A DNA stretch of 63,952 bases, counting the filler, from Octopus bimaculoides (taxonomy: Eukaryota), in the NCBI RefSeq assembly GCF_001194135.2. It is 5 parts of 5 records of this genome, joined end to end, with 100 filler letters (N's around TTAATTAATTAA, not from the genome) between each part and the next. Parts side by side here need not be neighbours in the genome. Positions count along the whole stretch, not along the records: positions 1 to 10,238 come from NC_068997.1; positions 10,339 to 34,422 come from NC_069003.1; 3 more parts are not named here. One strand, 5' to 3'. Shown here piece by piece: positions 1 to 12,548 of the stretch. The position numbers were made by a program, and so were the translations under genes. The notes below the pieces were generated by a model. That model ran no database searches. It was not told the origin of the DNA and saw only the letters and a program-made list of their open reading frames with translations. The stretch's first letter is position 1; every line of letters starts with the position of its first letter.

Positions 1-109
1 ATATATATATATATAAGTATATATACATACATATATGTACATACATACACATGTGTGTGTAGATATATATATATATATATATATAAATGGAACAAGAACG
101 CAATAGAGG

Positions 110-1600
110 GCATTAAAACGTTCGGACAGGCAGACGATACAAAGGCGGACAAGAATAACAACAATTATAAAGCAAGATAAAATATAAGGTATACTCAGTC
201 TCCAAGCAGTGTATGTAGGTGGCGAGAGAAGTAGATTGTTTACAAGTCCTGTTAGAGAAGGAACACAAGTGAGCAAGGAAGCGTCTATTGAAGTCGATCG
301 TACCCCCAATGTATACCTTAGCCGGTGGGAACGTGGAGTTGTGACCAGGCATTTACATTTAACGTTATAGCCGAGGTTATTGGAGGTAGAAAAATCAGCA
401 GTTAGAAGGTCAGTATTAGAACCTACAACATTAGAGGTATTGCTGGATAATGTAGCAGTGGTAGGATGAGTCGGAATCATGTGTGGGTTTAAATCATCTT
501 TAGTGGTATGAGAGACAAGAGAATGACATATCGTGTTTGCTTCACCGTAGTTTCTGGTATTCACGTTGCTAATTCTAGGGGCGTTGGCGGTGTCTCTGAA
601 ATTGTTAAGGTAAAGAATGGGATTCTCCGGGGTTACGGTATTACTCGGTTCAGGAGGAAGCCAGAAGAGTGGTTCTCGAAGCCTGCAATTAGGACGGCCG
701 AGTTAGAAGCTTCGGTTAAAGATCCCAAATTTGGGGCTGTGGAAAATGAAATTTTAATCGAGGATTTACTACAAATCAAGTAGCACAATACTAGGGTAGG
801 AAACTGGAATTGATGGTGTTGAATAAGAACTTAGGTATAAAGTTCACTAAAGGAGAAAACGGGGGCTCAAACCATAACTCCTGTTTTCTAACCTTGCACG
901 CATGAGAACCATGCGTAGTTAACCTTAGGTGGCTGAAATTTATTCCGTGTCAAGGTTGACAGGATTTTTGGTCTAGTAAATAAAGTTTTAGTAGCGGATG
1001 AACATTGCTGGAAGGTGCTAATGGATGAAGAGGTAGGGGTAAGTTTATGGGTGCTTAGTATCTCTACAAGGAAATAGAAGTTCTAGTTTAGTTTTCAGCT
1101 TAGTATTGCGATTATAAACCACTGTTTCAGATAGCCTGGTTATAGTATGGGGTGTGGTTGTCAAAGGTATCTTTGTTGGTGGATACGTTAGAAATCTTAA
1201 TAGAAATTCCTTGAACTATGCTATTTAAGATGAATTTTAAGGTAATTAGATTTCAGGTTGATGTATTGTAAGGTCTCTTTGGGTTTATGGTTGTAGTAGA
1301 GGCTAGAATGTAAGTCAAGAGTCACGTCCGAGAAGTTGGCTACCTTAGTGCTATTTTCGATGGAATTTTTAAAGAACTTATGGAGGGCTATCTGCATAAG
1401 CTCAATGAAAGGCTGCAATAAGCGTATCATCCCTGCATGAACCTGCAGACAGGCATGGTATTTGTGAAAGAAGAAAAAGGTCCACTGGGTCCATTTGTTG
1501 GGCAGAGTCTGAGGGACCCATGATGATATCGAAGAAGTTTATGGTGAAATTACGCGACCAGTATTTGTTATGAAACTCTACTCTCTAATAAGGATGTCTA
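110..1600 (-). mobile_element. Penelope-like retroelement (PLE), 5'-truncated and degenerate; RT C-half plus GIY-YIG endonuclease
   Basis: Minus-strand translations in the expected order: WSRNFTINFFDIIMGPSDSAQ..GSCRDDTLI (PLE FDVTMG..YRDD), KVANFSDVTLDL..KPKETLQYINLKSN, ELWFEPPFSP, IKISFSTAPNLGS, then KVYIGGTIDFNRRFLAH..STSLATYI (GIY-YIG, about 305-319). Several stops and frameshifts. Confidence 0.85.
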
Positions 1601-1964
1601 ACTTACTTCAACAATTTCATCTACACTTGTCGCTGGACGTACACCTATGACATCATGCAAATATTACTTATGAATATGGCTATTGCGTAAATTATAGCCA
1701 TCGTGAAAAAGTTATCGAAATAAGACTTTACATAATTTTTACTTTGTTATATAATCTGTAAACTGTGCTTCTTGTTAATATATGTCTCAAGCTTAACTGT
1801 CTTTACTACCTCCATAACAGCTAGATATGGATTACACTCATAATTAACTTTCGATTCCAAGGCGCTTGCCCTGGGGGAAGAAGTTAAAGTTCACATCCAT
1901 TTGAACACTATTCTGTGTTATCTATGCTGAACTTATTTTACTTTCACCTAATCTCTCCATCTCT

Positions 1965-1983
1965 CTCCCACTTTCCCTCTCCG

Positions 1984-2041
<58 letters not shown>
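1965..2041. repeat. (CT)n microsatellite, one of dozens of (TA)n, (GT)n, (GA)n, (TATG)n and (CTAT)n tracts; most N-gaps abut such tracts
   Basis: Read directly from the sequence. Confidence 0.95.
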
Positions 2042-2043
<2 letters not shown>

Positions 2044-3654
2044 TCACACACAAACAGGGTGGGAAAATAAAATTCCAATCGTTAATTTTTAAACAATAGA
2101 ATCCTATCACGGATGCTGTATTATGAATATAAATGGAAGGTAATTAAAGAAGCTATTCAGAGCAACCGGTCCACGAGACAGACTGAATATATTAACATAA
2201 ATGACAAGTTTCACGCTTTTATAATACGTAAACAAATGTAAATGTCCCCCAATCCTCTTAAAATGTTCTCACAAAGAGCTTTTCGTTCGCTTGTGAACAA
2301 GAAACTATGTAAATAGTTAGACAGATAGATATATTAGATAAATTTCGTTCCAGTGTGCCTTGTTTTTGTGTTTTGTTAAGAATGAATATTCAGAGACGTA
2401 GTATTTATCATGTACTACATTGTAATACGTCTGAGCCCTATGCTCTAGTTCTTGTACGTAAACAACTACATTTTTTCGATGAGAATATCTTCTTACGACC
2501 TTCACGGCTATATTCAATGATTTTTCTGCGTATACTGTTCTTGTTTAATAAACGTTTTACAGTGTAATAGTTTCTGGTCACTATATCGCCCGCCTATCGA
2601 GACGCCATTTTCAGTTGAAGAAACTTCAAATTCTCACACGTTCGAGGTTTCATATTTGCTGTTAAAAAATCTCCAATTCAGACTTTTAAAGTAACCAGAA
2701 TGTAGTTGGAGGAACTTTGCTTTCTCATAGAGAGCAAGTAGACTCACTGTTTACCGACAGTAAATCAGAGCGATCTTTATGCTAATACACAAGATAGAAA
2801 AATAAACTATAAACGCTGATCATTATAAAAGATTCCTTGAAAATACGTGTGTATATTTTTCCTGATGCAAATGACCTTTAAATTGTGTGACTCCGTTATA
2901 AATAAATAAACCTGTTGTGTTTCAAATAATATATTCCTGAGGATATATATAGCTACACTGTCAGCCATCGGACAGAATTGAAGACTGGTTATTGTAAAGG
3001 TCGTTGAACTTTAATGTCCATAGAACATATAAGTTTACAAGCGATGCAAAGTAGAGCTACTGAAATGTTTTGGGAGTAGATTACGGACGATGACTACAAA
3101 ATACAGTTGTTTTAGATGAAAGTGAAATTTCTTGTGATTGCTTAAAAAAGGCTAGCACGACAATGCTAAAACATATTTGAAACAACGAACAACAGTCGAA
3201 ATATCATAATGGATGGGTAAATAAGCATCCTTAAAGAGAAACAACTCATTGGTAGGTAAACAAAGGTATCAACAAATGGAAGAGAAGGAAGAGAACATCA
3301 CCTTTCAAGTAACTCAGAATAGGTAAAGGTAAGCTTGCCAAAGTTTAATGCAGTTTACATATGGAGATTAAGATTGTTTGGTATCGGATATTCATTGTGT
3401 ACAGTGTTCTTGTCAATTTAATCACTGTCGCAGATGGACAGTCGAAATAAATAAATAGACAAAATCCTTTCACTGGTGGGCGTTAACAAGTATGTAGAAA
3501 ACGAATATGAAAACAAAATGCGCGCTGGGGGTGGGGAGGGGATTTTTCCGATTTTTCCATCATAACTTCCGGTAAAATGGATATATATACATATATAAAA
3601 TTTCAATNNNNNNNNNNNNNNNNNNNNNNNNNNNNNNNNNNNNNNNNNNNNNNN

Positions 3655-4140
3655 GATACCGCTAAGCATCTCGCCCGGCGTGCTAACGTTTCTTATTTCT
3701 TTATTGCCCACAAGGGGCTACACACAGAGGGGATAAACAAGGACAGACAAACGGATTAAGTTGATTACATCGACCCCAGTGCGTAACTGGTATTTAATTT
3801 ATCGACACCGAAAGGATGAAAGGCAAAGTCAACCTCGGCGGAATTTGAACTCAGAACGTAGCGGCAGACGAAATACCACAAAGCATTTCGCCCGGCGTGC
3901 TAACGTTTCTTATTTCTTTATTGCCCACAGGGGGCTAAGCATAGAGGGGACAAACAAAAAGAGACTAAGGGATTAAGTTGATTAGATCGACCCCAGTGCG
4001 TAACTGGTATTTAATTTATCGACACCGAAAAGATGAAAGGCAAAGTCGACCTCGGCGGAATTTGAACTCAGAACGTAGCGGCAGACGAAATAGCGCTAAG
4101 CATTTCGCCCGGCGTGCTAACGTTTCTGCCAGCTCACCCC
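3655..4140 (-). mobile_element. Tandem array of tRNA-derived SINEs (octopus OK-type): one full copy at 3910-4140, a 217-bp unit at 3693-3909, and a third unit running into the gap
   Basis: On the minus strand: head GGTGAGCTGGCAGAAACGTTAGC, B-box-like GAGTTCAAATTCC, central GTCGACTTTGCCTTTCATC..TCGATAAATTAAATACCAG and an A-rich tail. The period is 217 bp. Confidence 0.9.
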
Positions 4141-5981
4141 ATAAAAAAATTAATATCGCGGTTGTTTTTGTCGTTGTTTTGTTCGCCTTGCTGTTGTACG
4201 CATTATTTAATCTCTCATCAGCATATCAAAAGACTTCAAAATATTCTGAGTACCCCTGAACTAATCACTGAACAACCAACCCTAACTTAAAAAAAACGAA
4301 TAGTATATCTGTATATATACATATATATGTGTAGTGAAACTACCTATCGTCACTAGATACAAAACTACTATCGCCATTACATACAATCTTCTCATTTAAA
4401 TATAAATAAATGCGAGCGTAGTAGAGAACCCATTCCTTATCATCACGTGACTGATTATTANNNNNNNNNNNNNNNNNNNNNNNNNNNNNNNNNNNNNNNN
4501 NNNNNNNNNNNNNNNNNNNNNNNNNNNNNNNNNNNNNNNNNNNNNNNNNNNNNNNNNNNNNNNNNNNNNNNNNNNNNNNNNNNNNNNNNNNNNNNNNNNN
4601 NNNNNNNNNNNNNNNNNNNNNNNNNNNNNNNNNNNNNNNNNNNNNNNNNNNNNNNNNNNNNNNNNNNNNNNNNNNNNNNNNNNNNNNNNNNNNNNNNNNN
4701 NNNNNNNNNNNNNNNNNNNNNNNNNNNNNNNNNNNNNNNNNNNNNNNNNNNNNNNNNNNNNNNNNNNNNNNNNNNNNNNNNNNNNNNNNNNNNNNNNNNN
4801 NNNNNNNNNNNNNNNNNNNNNNNNNNNNNNNNNNNNNNNNNNNNNNNNNNNNNNNNNNNNNNNNNNNNNNNNNNNNNNNNNNNNNNNNNNNNNNNNNNNN
4901 NNNNNNNNNNNNNNNNNNNNNNNNNNNNNNNNNNNNNNNNNNNNNNNNNNNNNNNNNNNNNNNNNNNNNNNNNNNNNNNNNNNNNNNNNNNNNNNNNNNN
5001 NNNNNNNNNNNNNNNNNNNNNNNNNNNNNNNNNNNNNNNNNNNNNNTAATTGTTCACGTGTTATTGACTCTCTCTTTTCTCTGCTGTAATATTTCTCATA
5101 CACATATGTATCACTCACATACACACTTTTCTTTGTATGACGGCCTGTCTTTGATTATGTTATTATATGTCGCATTCACACTCTCACACAGACATACATC
5201 TTTAACGCCATAATAAATATCTCTGTTATTCATCTAATACGGTTGTGGTCTTTCATTACTGGTCATCTATGTTATCGTCGTATAACATATCATCTATATC
5301 ATCATTTGATATATATTTTTGTGTTCGACCGTATGACGCGTTTAAATAAAAGGAGTCCTGTTTTTCCATTCGTCACCATTTCTCCTTTTTTGAGTTCGCA
5401 CGGTCGTCCCTTACATATGTATTTCTATGTATATATGTATGTGTGTGTGTGTGTGTATATACACGCATATATACCTGCACATACACACGTACAGATACAC
5501 AGACTCATACATACGTACGTATATTATGTATGTCTGTGTTTGAACATATCTCACTCTGCTAGTTAATGTCTATCTTTCTTTTTCTCTCTTTTCTCTGTTA
5601 CTCTCCCTCTCTCTTTCTCTCTCTCTCTCTCTCTTTCTATGTCTATACACACACACATACACACACGTGCGTGTACGTACATACACGTTTACATATCTAT
5701 GCTTTTATATTTGTTATGTAAGTATTATGTATGTATGAATTAATGTATGCAGACACTGTTTTTGTGATACATTCAAAAGACCCTTTCAGGTTTTATGTGG
5801 GAAACGTGCGCAAATGTTTTGTGACATCATGTACCATTCATGTCTTCACCTTTTCTTATTGCAATACGTCTTCACAAACGGGTGGCGTGTTCAAGGTGTT
5901 TGTAAAAGGAGGGGTTGTGTATGTAGGTAGGGGTATATGTTAGTCGATGCGTGTATGTGAGTCAATATGAACGTACGTGCG

Positions 5982-6026
<45 letters not shown>

Positions 6027-6307
6027 GAATGCGTGTTAGGGTGTCTGTTTACATACATTTATGTGTGTGTGTGAGTGTGTGTGTGTGTNNNNNNNNNNNN
6101 NNNNNNNNNNNNNNNNNNNNNNNNNNNNNNNNNNNNNNNNNNNNNNNNNNNNNNNNNNNNNNNNNNNNNNNNNNNNNNNNNNNNNNNNNNNNNNNNNNNN
6201 NNNNNNNNNNNNNNNNNNNNNNNNNNNNNNNNNNNNNNNNNNNNNNNNNNNNNNNNNNNNNNNNNNNNNNNNNNNNNNNNNNNNNNNNNNNNNNNNNNNN
6301 NNNNNNN

Positions 6308-6821
6308 TATTAAACGAAAACACCTAAAGCTCCACGAGGCTCCAGTACCCCGTTGTATCGACTTACAAGGGATGCTTCTTCAACTGCTGCTGCACGACCT
6401 GCAGAAACTGCAGCACAACGCGCAGTTGAACTTACAAGAGATGCTGCAGCGACTGCTGCTGCACGTGCTGCGAATAATGTTGTATGTGCATCCCAGCGAA
6501 ACGGCAGGTAAACATACTATTTCTCTTTATATCATATCTTTAGGCTCAACCTTTCCATCTGCTAAACAGCACATGTCAGCAGTTATGTGGTAAGGAAAAT
6601 AAACTCAATTACTGCAGGTTTTTTACAGATCGACCTACTGTCCCAATGGAAAACAATGACAATGGTATGGGCAGATGACTCTGAATGCTCAACTATTGTG
6701 CTAAATAAACCAAACGACGCAGGGAACATCTGCCATTATAATTTCTTTCCCGTGAATGGTCTAAAAACCAAACAGGCATACTTAACAAACAGTCCCAGGC
6801 AACGCCGGGTACGCCTGTTAG
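6308..6821 (+). mobile_element. Internally deleted Helitron: fragment of the Rep/helicase N-terminal 23-aa repeats plus the Helitron 3' end
   Basis: One frame reads RLTRDASSTAAARPAETAAQRAVELTRDAAATAAARAANN (23-aa period). The DNA closely resembles the reverse complement of 47430-47720. It ends in the hairpin CCCAGGCAACGCCGGG followed by TGTTAG|T at 6821 (CTRR-like terminus). Confidence 0.72.
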
Positions 6822-7882
6822 TATATATGATATCTATATTATCAACCGCACATACTGCGGGTGTGCTTTGCTTATTCGTCGGTTCGCTGCGGCGTAGCGC
6901 TTTCGGGATGACTTCCTCGTAGCACTGAGCGTTAAGATATTTGAAAGTCATAAACAGGTGAGACAGCTCGCCTCCAGTCTCATTCAGGAGTGGTGGATAT
7001 CGATATTTCACCATTTTCCTGGCTTATCAACATCACTAGTCTATGGTTATATATAAATAGCTTAAGAAGCATTTGCTGGGATTCCACGGAGACGCAATAG
7101 CATGTGGGAGTCCTCCTCAAAGCACTATGCCGCAAGGGAATATGAGTGAAGCATGCATGAACTAACGTGTGTGTGTGTGTGTGTGTGTGTGTTTGTTCAT
7201 GTGTTTGTGTGTGCGTGTGTGCGTGCGTACGTTCCTGCAGTGTGTGTGTCTGTGGTTAATGTTTCCAGTCCTCGTATGTAAAGATTGAAATTGTAACTGT
7301 ATAAATGGACGTCCACCCTTTATACATAACGAGCGTCGTGCAACACAGTGCGATCACAATTTAATTAATGCAGACGAGTCAGCCTCATTACATTTTCTGT
7401 TGACTTTTTTTTATTAAACTGTCTTTCAGTAATTACTAGCAATACTTATTTTCAACCTCCCTCATATGTGTGTGTGGGTATGTGTATGTGTGCGCTTGTG
7501 CGGACTTGTGTGTATAGNNNNNNNNNNNNNNNNNNNNNNNNNNNNNNNNNNNNNNNNNNNNNNNNNNNNNNNNNNNNNNNNNNNNNNNNNNNNNNNNNNN
7601 NNNNNNNNNNNNNNNNNNNNNNNNNNNNNNNNNNNNNNNNNNNNNNNNNNNNNNNNNNNNNNNNNNNNNNNNNNNNNNNNNNNNNNNNNNNNNNNNNNNN
7701 NNNNNNNNNNNNNNNNNNNNNNNNNNNNNNNNNNNNNNNNNNNNNNNNNNNNNNNNNNNNNNNNNNNNNNNNNNNNNNNNNNNNNNNNNNNNNNNNNNNN
7801 NNNNNNNNNNATATTATAAGGTTTTTAACTTTTAAATTTTCATATTCAAAAGAGACAGAGACTTCAAATTCTGGAAAATTAT

Positions 7883-7943
<61 letters not shown>

Positions 7944-8002
7944 TATATTGATATATATAATACATATATATATATCTATATATGTATTATATATCATATA
8001 TA

Positions 8003-8385
8003 CACGACAATGCAAGGTCATATATAATGCCCAAGTCACTTAGGAAACCATTATGGAACTAAATACGGAATTATTGCTTCATCCTTCTAACTCACCTGAC
8101 TTTTCTCCCTCTGACTATTATCTTTTCAGATCGTTGCAAACATTATTTAAAGGGTAAAACAGTTCATTAATTTGGAAGGGTCAAAAATGATGGTGAGTGT
8201 TTCTTTATAAAGTGATTTATATAAAAGTGATTTATATAAAATCACTTTTATAAAGTGATAAGTTATATTTATCACTATAAATAATGATAAATATCACTAT
8301 TTATAAATAGTGATATTTATAAAGTATATAAATATCACTATAAAAATGATAGTGAGTGTTTCTTTATATTTTCGAACGAGGGAAA
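8003..8385 (+). mobile_element. Mariner transposase C-terminal fragment, interrupted by a palindromic filler
   Basis: HDNARS at 8003 (mariner HDNARPH) and ELLLHPSNSPDFSPSDYYLFRSLQ (HPPYSPDLAPSD motif). Confidence 0.78.
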
Positions 8386-10282
8386 ATATAAGGACACAGA
8401 TCGTGTCGTATAACCAACTGGAGACGATGTCTCCTGGGGCTAGATTACAGCAACATTCGTCCTAAACCAGGACTGCCATGTTATGTTGGCAAACAATCTT
8501 TACTCCAAAGTACTGTTGCTGAATATCTCTCGTTGTGAGATTTATAAATAGTCATTTTCTAAAGTGTTTCTTTGCTTCGAATCTTGAAGAATTTTACACT
8601 TAGGATCAACAGTTTGTCAAATAGATACGATAATGCTATCAAGAATGAGGGGGAAATATCGTCTTGATTAAAGATATCAATTAAGACAAAAGAAACATTT
8701 CTTTCTTTTTCATCTTGAAATAGGACATGACTTTATTTCTAAATTGATATTTCACATAAGAGGACCAGTCACGCCGGTATAACTTCAGGTGTTTATTTTG
8801 ACTACAAATCTGTGGGATATTCAACCACTTATATATTCATGATATCATGCTATTTCAACCGAAGAAGCTGACAATTTATCAATAATACCGTAACAACAAT
8901 ATAATAAATCGGGTTTATTGCGTTTCGTAGTTCATGGGTCGATTTCGGTTAAAGTTTGCTGCATTTTAATGCTGTTGCCGACATTTTGATATATCCGACA
9001 ACGTTGACAATCAATTTAAAGATTTCTTAGCTGGCACAATGTTCTGTCAAAAATGAAAAAGGAAAACAATGTTTTTTAGCAGTCATGAGATTTTCATCGC
9101 ATATAGATATGTGACGAAAGTTCGGAGTGAAAGACAGAAAAGCGTTGAGAATGTATTTAATGTGATGAATGAAGACCGATCAAAAAATATTCGATATTAT
9201 ACATAATATGTTCCATAGGTGTGTTCAGATTTTGTACATTAATGGTCTTGCTTTTCATATCGCAGAAAAGAATCGCAAGACGATTTCTTCGAGCCGACCC
9301 AACGGGCAGGAGACCTGGGGTAAACCAAAAAAGATGTCTCGGTTATATCCGTATAATTGATAAAACTTGGGAATCCGGCAGAAAAGTGTAATGACGGCTG
9401 CGTATGATTGGACCCTATTGAGAAAGGGCCTGAAGACTCTGAAGAATTAGACATATCTGTGCGATTCATTTCAGAAGCCCCTGGACATAATGTCAACAAA
9501 TAATAAGTTGACGATCGTTGGTAATATTAATACTTGGGTCGAAATAGATTATTAAACATGGCCGTTGCATGGAAGAAATTTCAGCTCAATTTGACGATTT
9601 CTACTTAAACTATGCTACAGGATCTTTCGTTTAGTTTTCGGCTTTCTGAAAAGCGGTTTTACAACTAGTACCATCCAAGGTTAAAACGTTGACCTTTTTT
9701 TGGAGAACTTACTCGTAGGAACATAAAGGTGAAAAAAGCTGTACACGTGCCATGGCGAGTGAAGAGACAGACTTCATTCATTACTTATTGATACTTACAA
9801 TGGCTCGATACATTTCGCACACTGTCATAGTAGCTTCGAAATTTTTTCTCAACAGTTAATCAACTTTCAAACTCTTCCTTTTGTATATTGTTTAGGATTA
9901 TATCAAGAATTTCATTTGCAAGTCTTATTTCCTTGTCAGGAAGAGCTTCTTTCTGTGTTCGTTTTTAAACGACCAAATTTTTTAAGCAATTTTGAAACTG
10001 TACTTTCTGAGGCTGGTTTTCTTAGCATTGCTAGTATTTAAATTATGCAGCGCGAAAAGAAAGGGGATCTGTTTTTATAAGTACATTTGTTCTAGATTTT
10101 CTTTCAATATCATCTCTCAAGTTATGCGATTACAAATTGTTTGTAAAAAGAACTGAATAAAAAAATAATAAATACTCCCTTTTAAAGCCTAGCCAGGCTC
10201 ATGGGCCCGGTTTCCCGGTTTCAATGGCGTTACTCATTNNNNNNNNNNNNNNNNNNNNNNNNNNNNNNNNNNNNNNNNNNNN

Positions 10283-10294
10283 TTAATTAATTAA
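10283..10294. other. Artificial scaffolding linker TTAATTAATTAA inside a 100-bp gap (44 N + 12 + 44 N)
   Basis: The same 12-mer is centred in 100-bp gaps four times in the window and encodes stops in all six frames. Confidence 0.9.
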
Positions 10295-10385
10295 NNNNNN
10301 NNNNNNNNNNNNNNNNNNNNNNNNNNNNNNNNNNNNNNCATACATATATATACGTATATATATTTACATATATTTATATGTATAC

Positions 10386-10472
<87 letters not shown>

Positions 10473-10647
10473 TATTGAGAGACAGCCAAACAGACAGATT
10501 GGCAGTCAGGCAGACAGACTATTTTATTCTTTTCAGCCTAAAGTTTGTGGCCATGCTACAAATGCTATTAGTGTGGTTCGCACAAAATCTGGAGAATATG
10601 AAATAAATAAGAAAGGACGTTACTAAGAATAATGAAAACAAGTATTG

Positions 10648-10749
10648 TGTTGCCATAGTGTGCAAACCAGCTGTCAAAATCGATTCACAGAAAACCAAGA
10701 AATCCTAAATTTCATTCCTAAGCTGTTAGCATGGTTCTGGGTGTGTATC
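10648..10749 (+). repeat. Unclassified dispersed repeat of about 100 bp; second copy at about 24257-24360
   Basis: Both copies share GTTGCCAT(A/C)GTGTGCA(A/T)ACCAGCTG..TCAAAATC(G/C)ATTC(A/G)CAGAAAACC..TAAATTTC..GGTTCTGG. Confidence 0.6.
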
Positions 10750-12399
10750 GTCGTACTGACTACGAGAAGCAATGAAATGGTGGCAAAGTAATTGCTTGAT
10801 CAATAGAAATAGTACGCAAACGTGCCTTATTTCCGATTCTACTATTTTAATAAAGGGAAGAACATATTAGGTAGCGTCGTCTTAGATACACGGTGCCTGA
10901 AAACAACAGTGTGGTTTCTGCTGGATTGCCGTTAACGTCTGACCATATCTTTAATCAAACGCACACATGACAAAGATTATATTATAGTTCTATCGTATGA
11001 TTCATAGAGTATTATAGTCTCTTAGTTTTCCGACAGACAAGTTAGATCATTAACCGTCTGTATTACTCGCTCGAATCTGTCGCTGAAATAAATTTACTCG
11101 TGTTTTTTAATTAGTTCCGTTATGTTCTGAAGACTCATTGCTTCAGTTAGAAATCTGCATATGTTGTGATATGTTTTTCACTTGAAACGGTAATATTAAC
11201 TCTAAAAGTTGGGAAAATATTACAATGATTTTGAGTTGAAAACCATAAAGTTAAGTTGGATCACTGCATTCGTTGAATTATCAAAATCGTTTCATCAATC
11301 AGAAAGAAAACCAATACTAGATCTGCTATATATTATCTTTAGAAATGATGCTAAGTTCTATGAGGCGAAATAAGTTTGGTACATACATTGATATCACTAT
11401 TAATATATTTTCCAGAGATATGAAGAGTGAAGCAAAGAAGAAATTTGGAATTAAAAAACAAAAAGAAAGAAACAAAAACCGATTGAAAATAATGCTAACG
11501 CATAGATTTAAGACTGTAGGTTAAAGTGTGTGTTAGCATAAATTTCTTCATTAAATAAGAAACCCCATCTTTTTTACCTAATCCATATTATACTAAGAGT
11601 CATGTTCCTATCTCCCTCTCTCTGCCTGTTATATATTAAGATCAAAATGATACTGAAGTAATTTAATAATTTTTTACTCTTTAGTTTTCAGGGGTGATAT
11701 GATCATAATGTCACAACCTGGTATCCAAGACGAGAATTGGCTGTGCTAGATGTGGCACAGGATTTTGTTCTGGCGGATGGGAACTCACAAGGCAAGCGAC
11801 CTAAGGTGGGTATATGATCCCTCTTTCGTTGAATTTCACCGGTCCACCACCCTTTATTGACAACTTTTTTCGATCCGGTACAATAAATAAATGTGAAACA
11901 TTAAGCAGTGTGGGGTTGGTTTACAATACATAATGTTACGTTTGACGCTTTTACGCTTGCAGAAATAAATATAAAATAGTGAAATTATTGAATTTGTTGA
12001 TTTGTTGAATTAACATGTGTAACGAAAAGCGAAATGTGGTGTTTTATTTTTGGTTAAAGTCTATTCGTTCGTCGGGGTGAGTCTGCAAGAAGAAAGAGCA
12101 ACGCTAAAAGTTTGTTACACATTTAAGAAACTTTGAAGTTAGTAGAAAAGGTTCTTCAACTGCAAAACGAATTTTCATTTATTGAGTGTACTCCCTTATA
12201 ACACTTCTATTTATTCTTCAATAGCTAAACTAGTTTTGAGTCATTATCAAAGTAACTTCTGCTATTTGGAAAATAACTCAATTATTTTCCACTTAATTGT
12301 AACCTCTGAAGTTGAACAAAGATGGTTCTGTAACTCCTAGCTGAATATTATGCACAGGTTTTTTTTTTGTGCTTAAATGTTGGTTCTCTGTATTAGTTC

Positions 12400-12548
12400 C
12401 CTCTCTCCATGAAATAGACGTTGCCTGACTAGGTGCACGGTAAACCACTAGTTGTATGTCCAAGTGATCGCAGAGAAAATCGAGGTGAAGGGTTTTTTTC
12501 TCAATGAAATCTTGAATACTACACTATTAACCACTATGCTACGCGACA
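12400..12548 (-). mobile_element. Degenerate tRNA-derived SINE remnant
   Basis: Minus strand GTCGCGTAGCATAGTGGTTAATAGTG is an A-box-like head resembling the SINE at 63025-63190. Confidence 0.4.

Noticed and set aside
508-783. 91-aa plus-strand ORF
   Set aside because: It is antisense to the Penelope-like element.
2604-2613. CGCCATTTT YY1-like motif
   Set aside because: A single short motif with no other promoter evidence; expected by chance.
5790-5895. AG..GT-bounded segment with two open frames
   Set aside because: Weak donor and no recognisable homology.
9239-9499. Minus ORF with four N-glycosylation sequons (NRT, NSS, NHT, NYT), reminiscent of a GPCR N-terminus
   Set aside because: It stops after 86 aa, and no transmembrane segments or clean splice donor follow.
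11692-11805. 114-nt AG..GT-bounded exon-like segment with a CARCGTGFC Cys motif
   Set aside because: Stops occur in all three frames; the resemblance to the piggyBac Cys-rich domain is too short to call.
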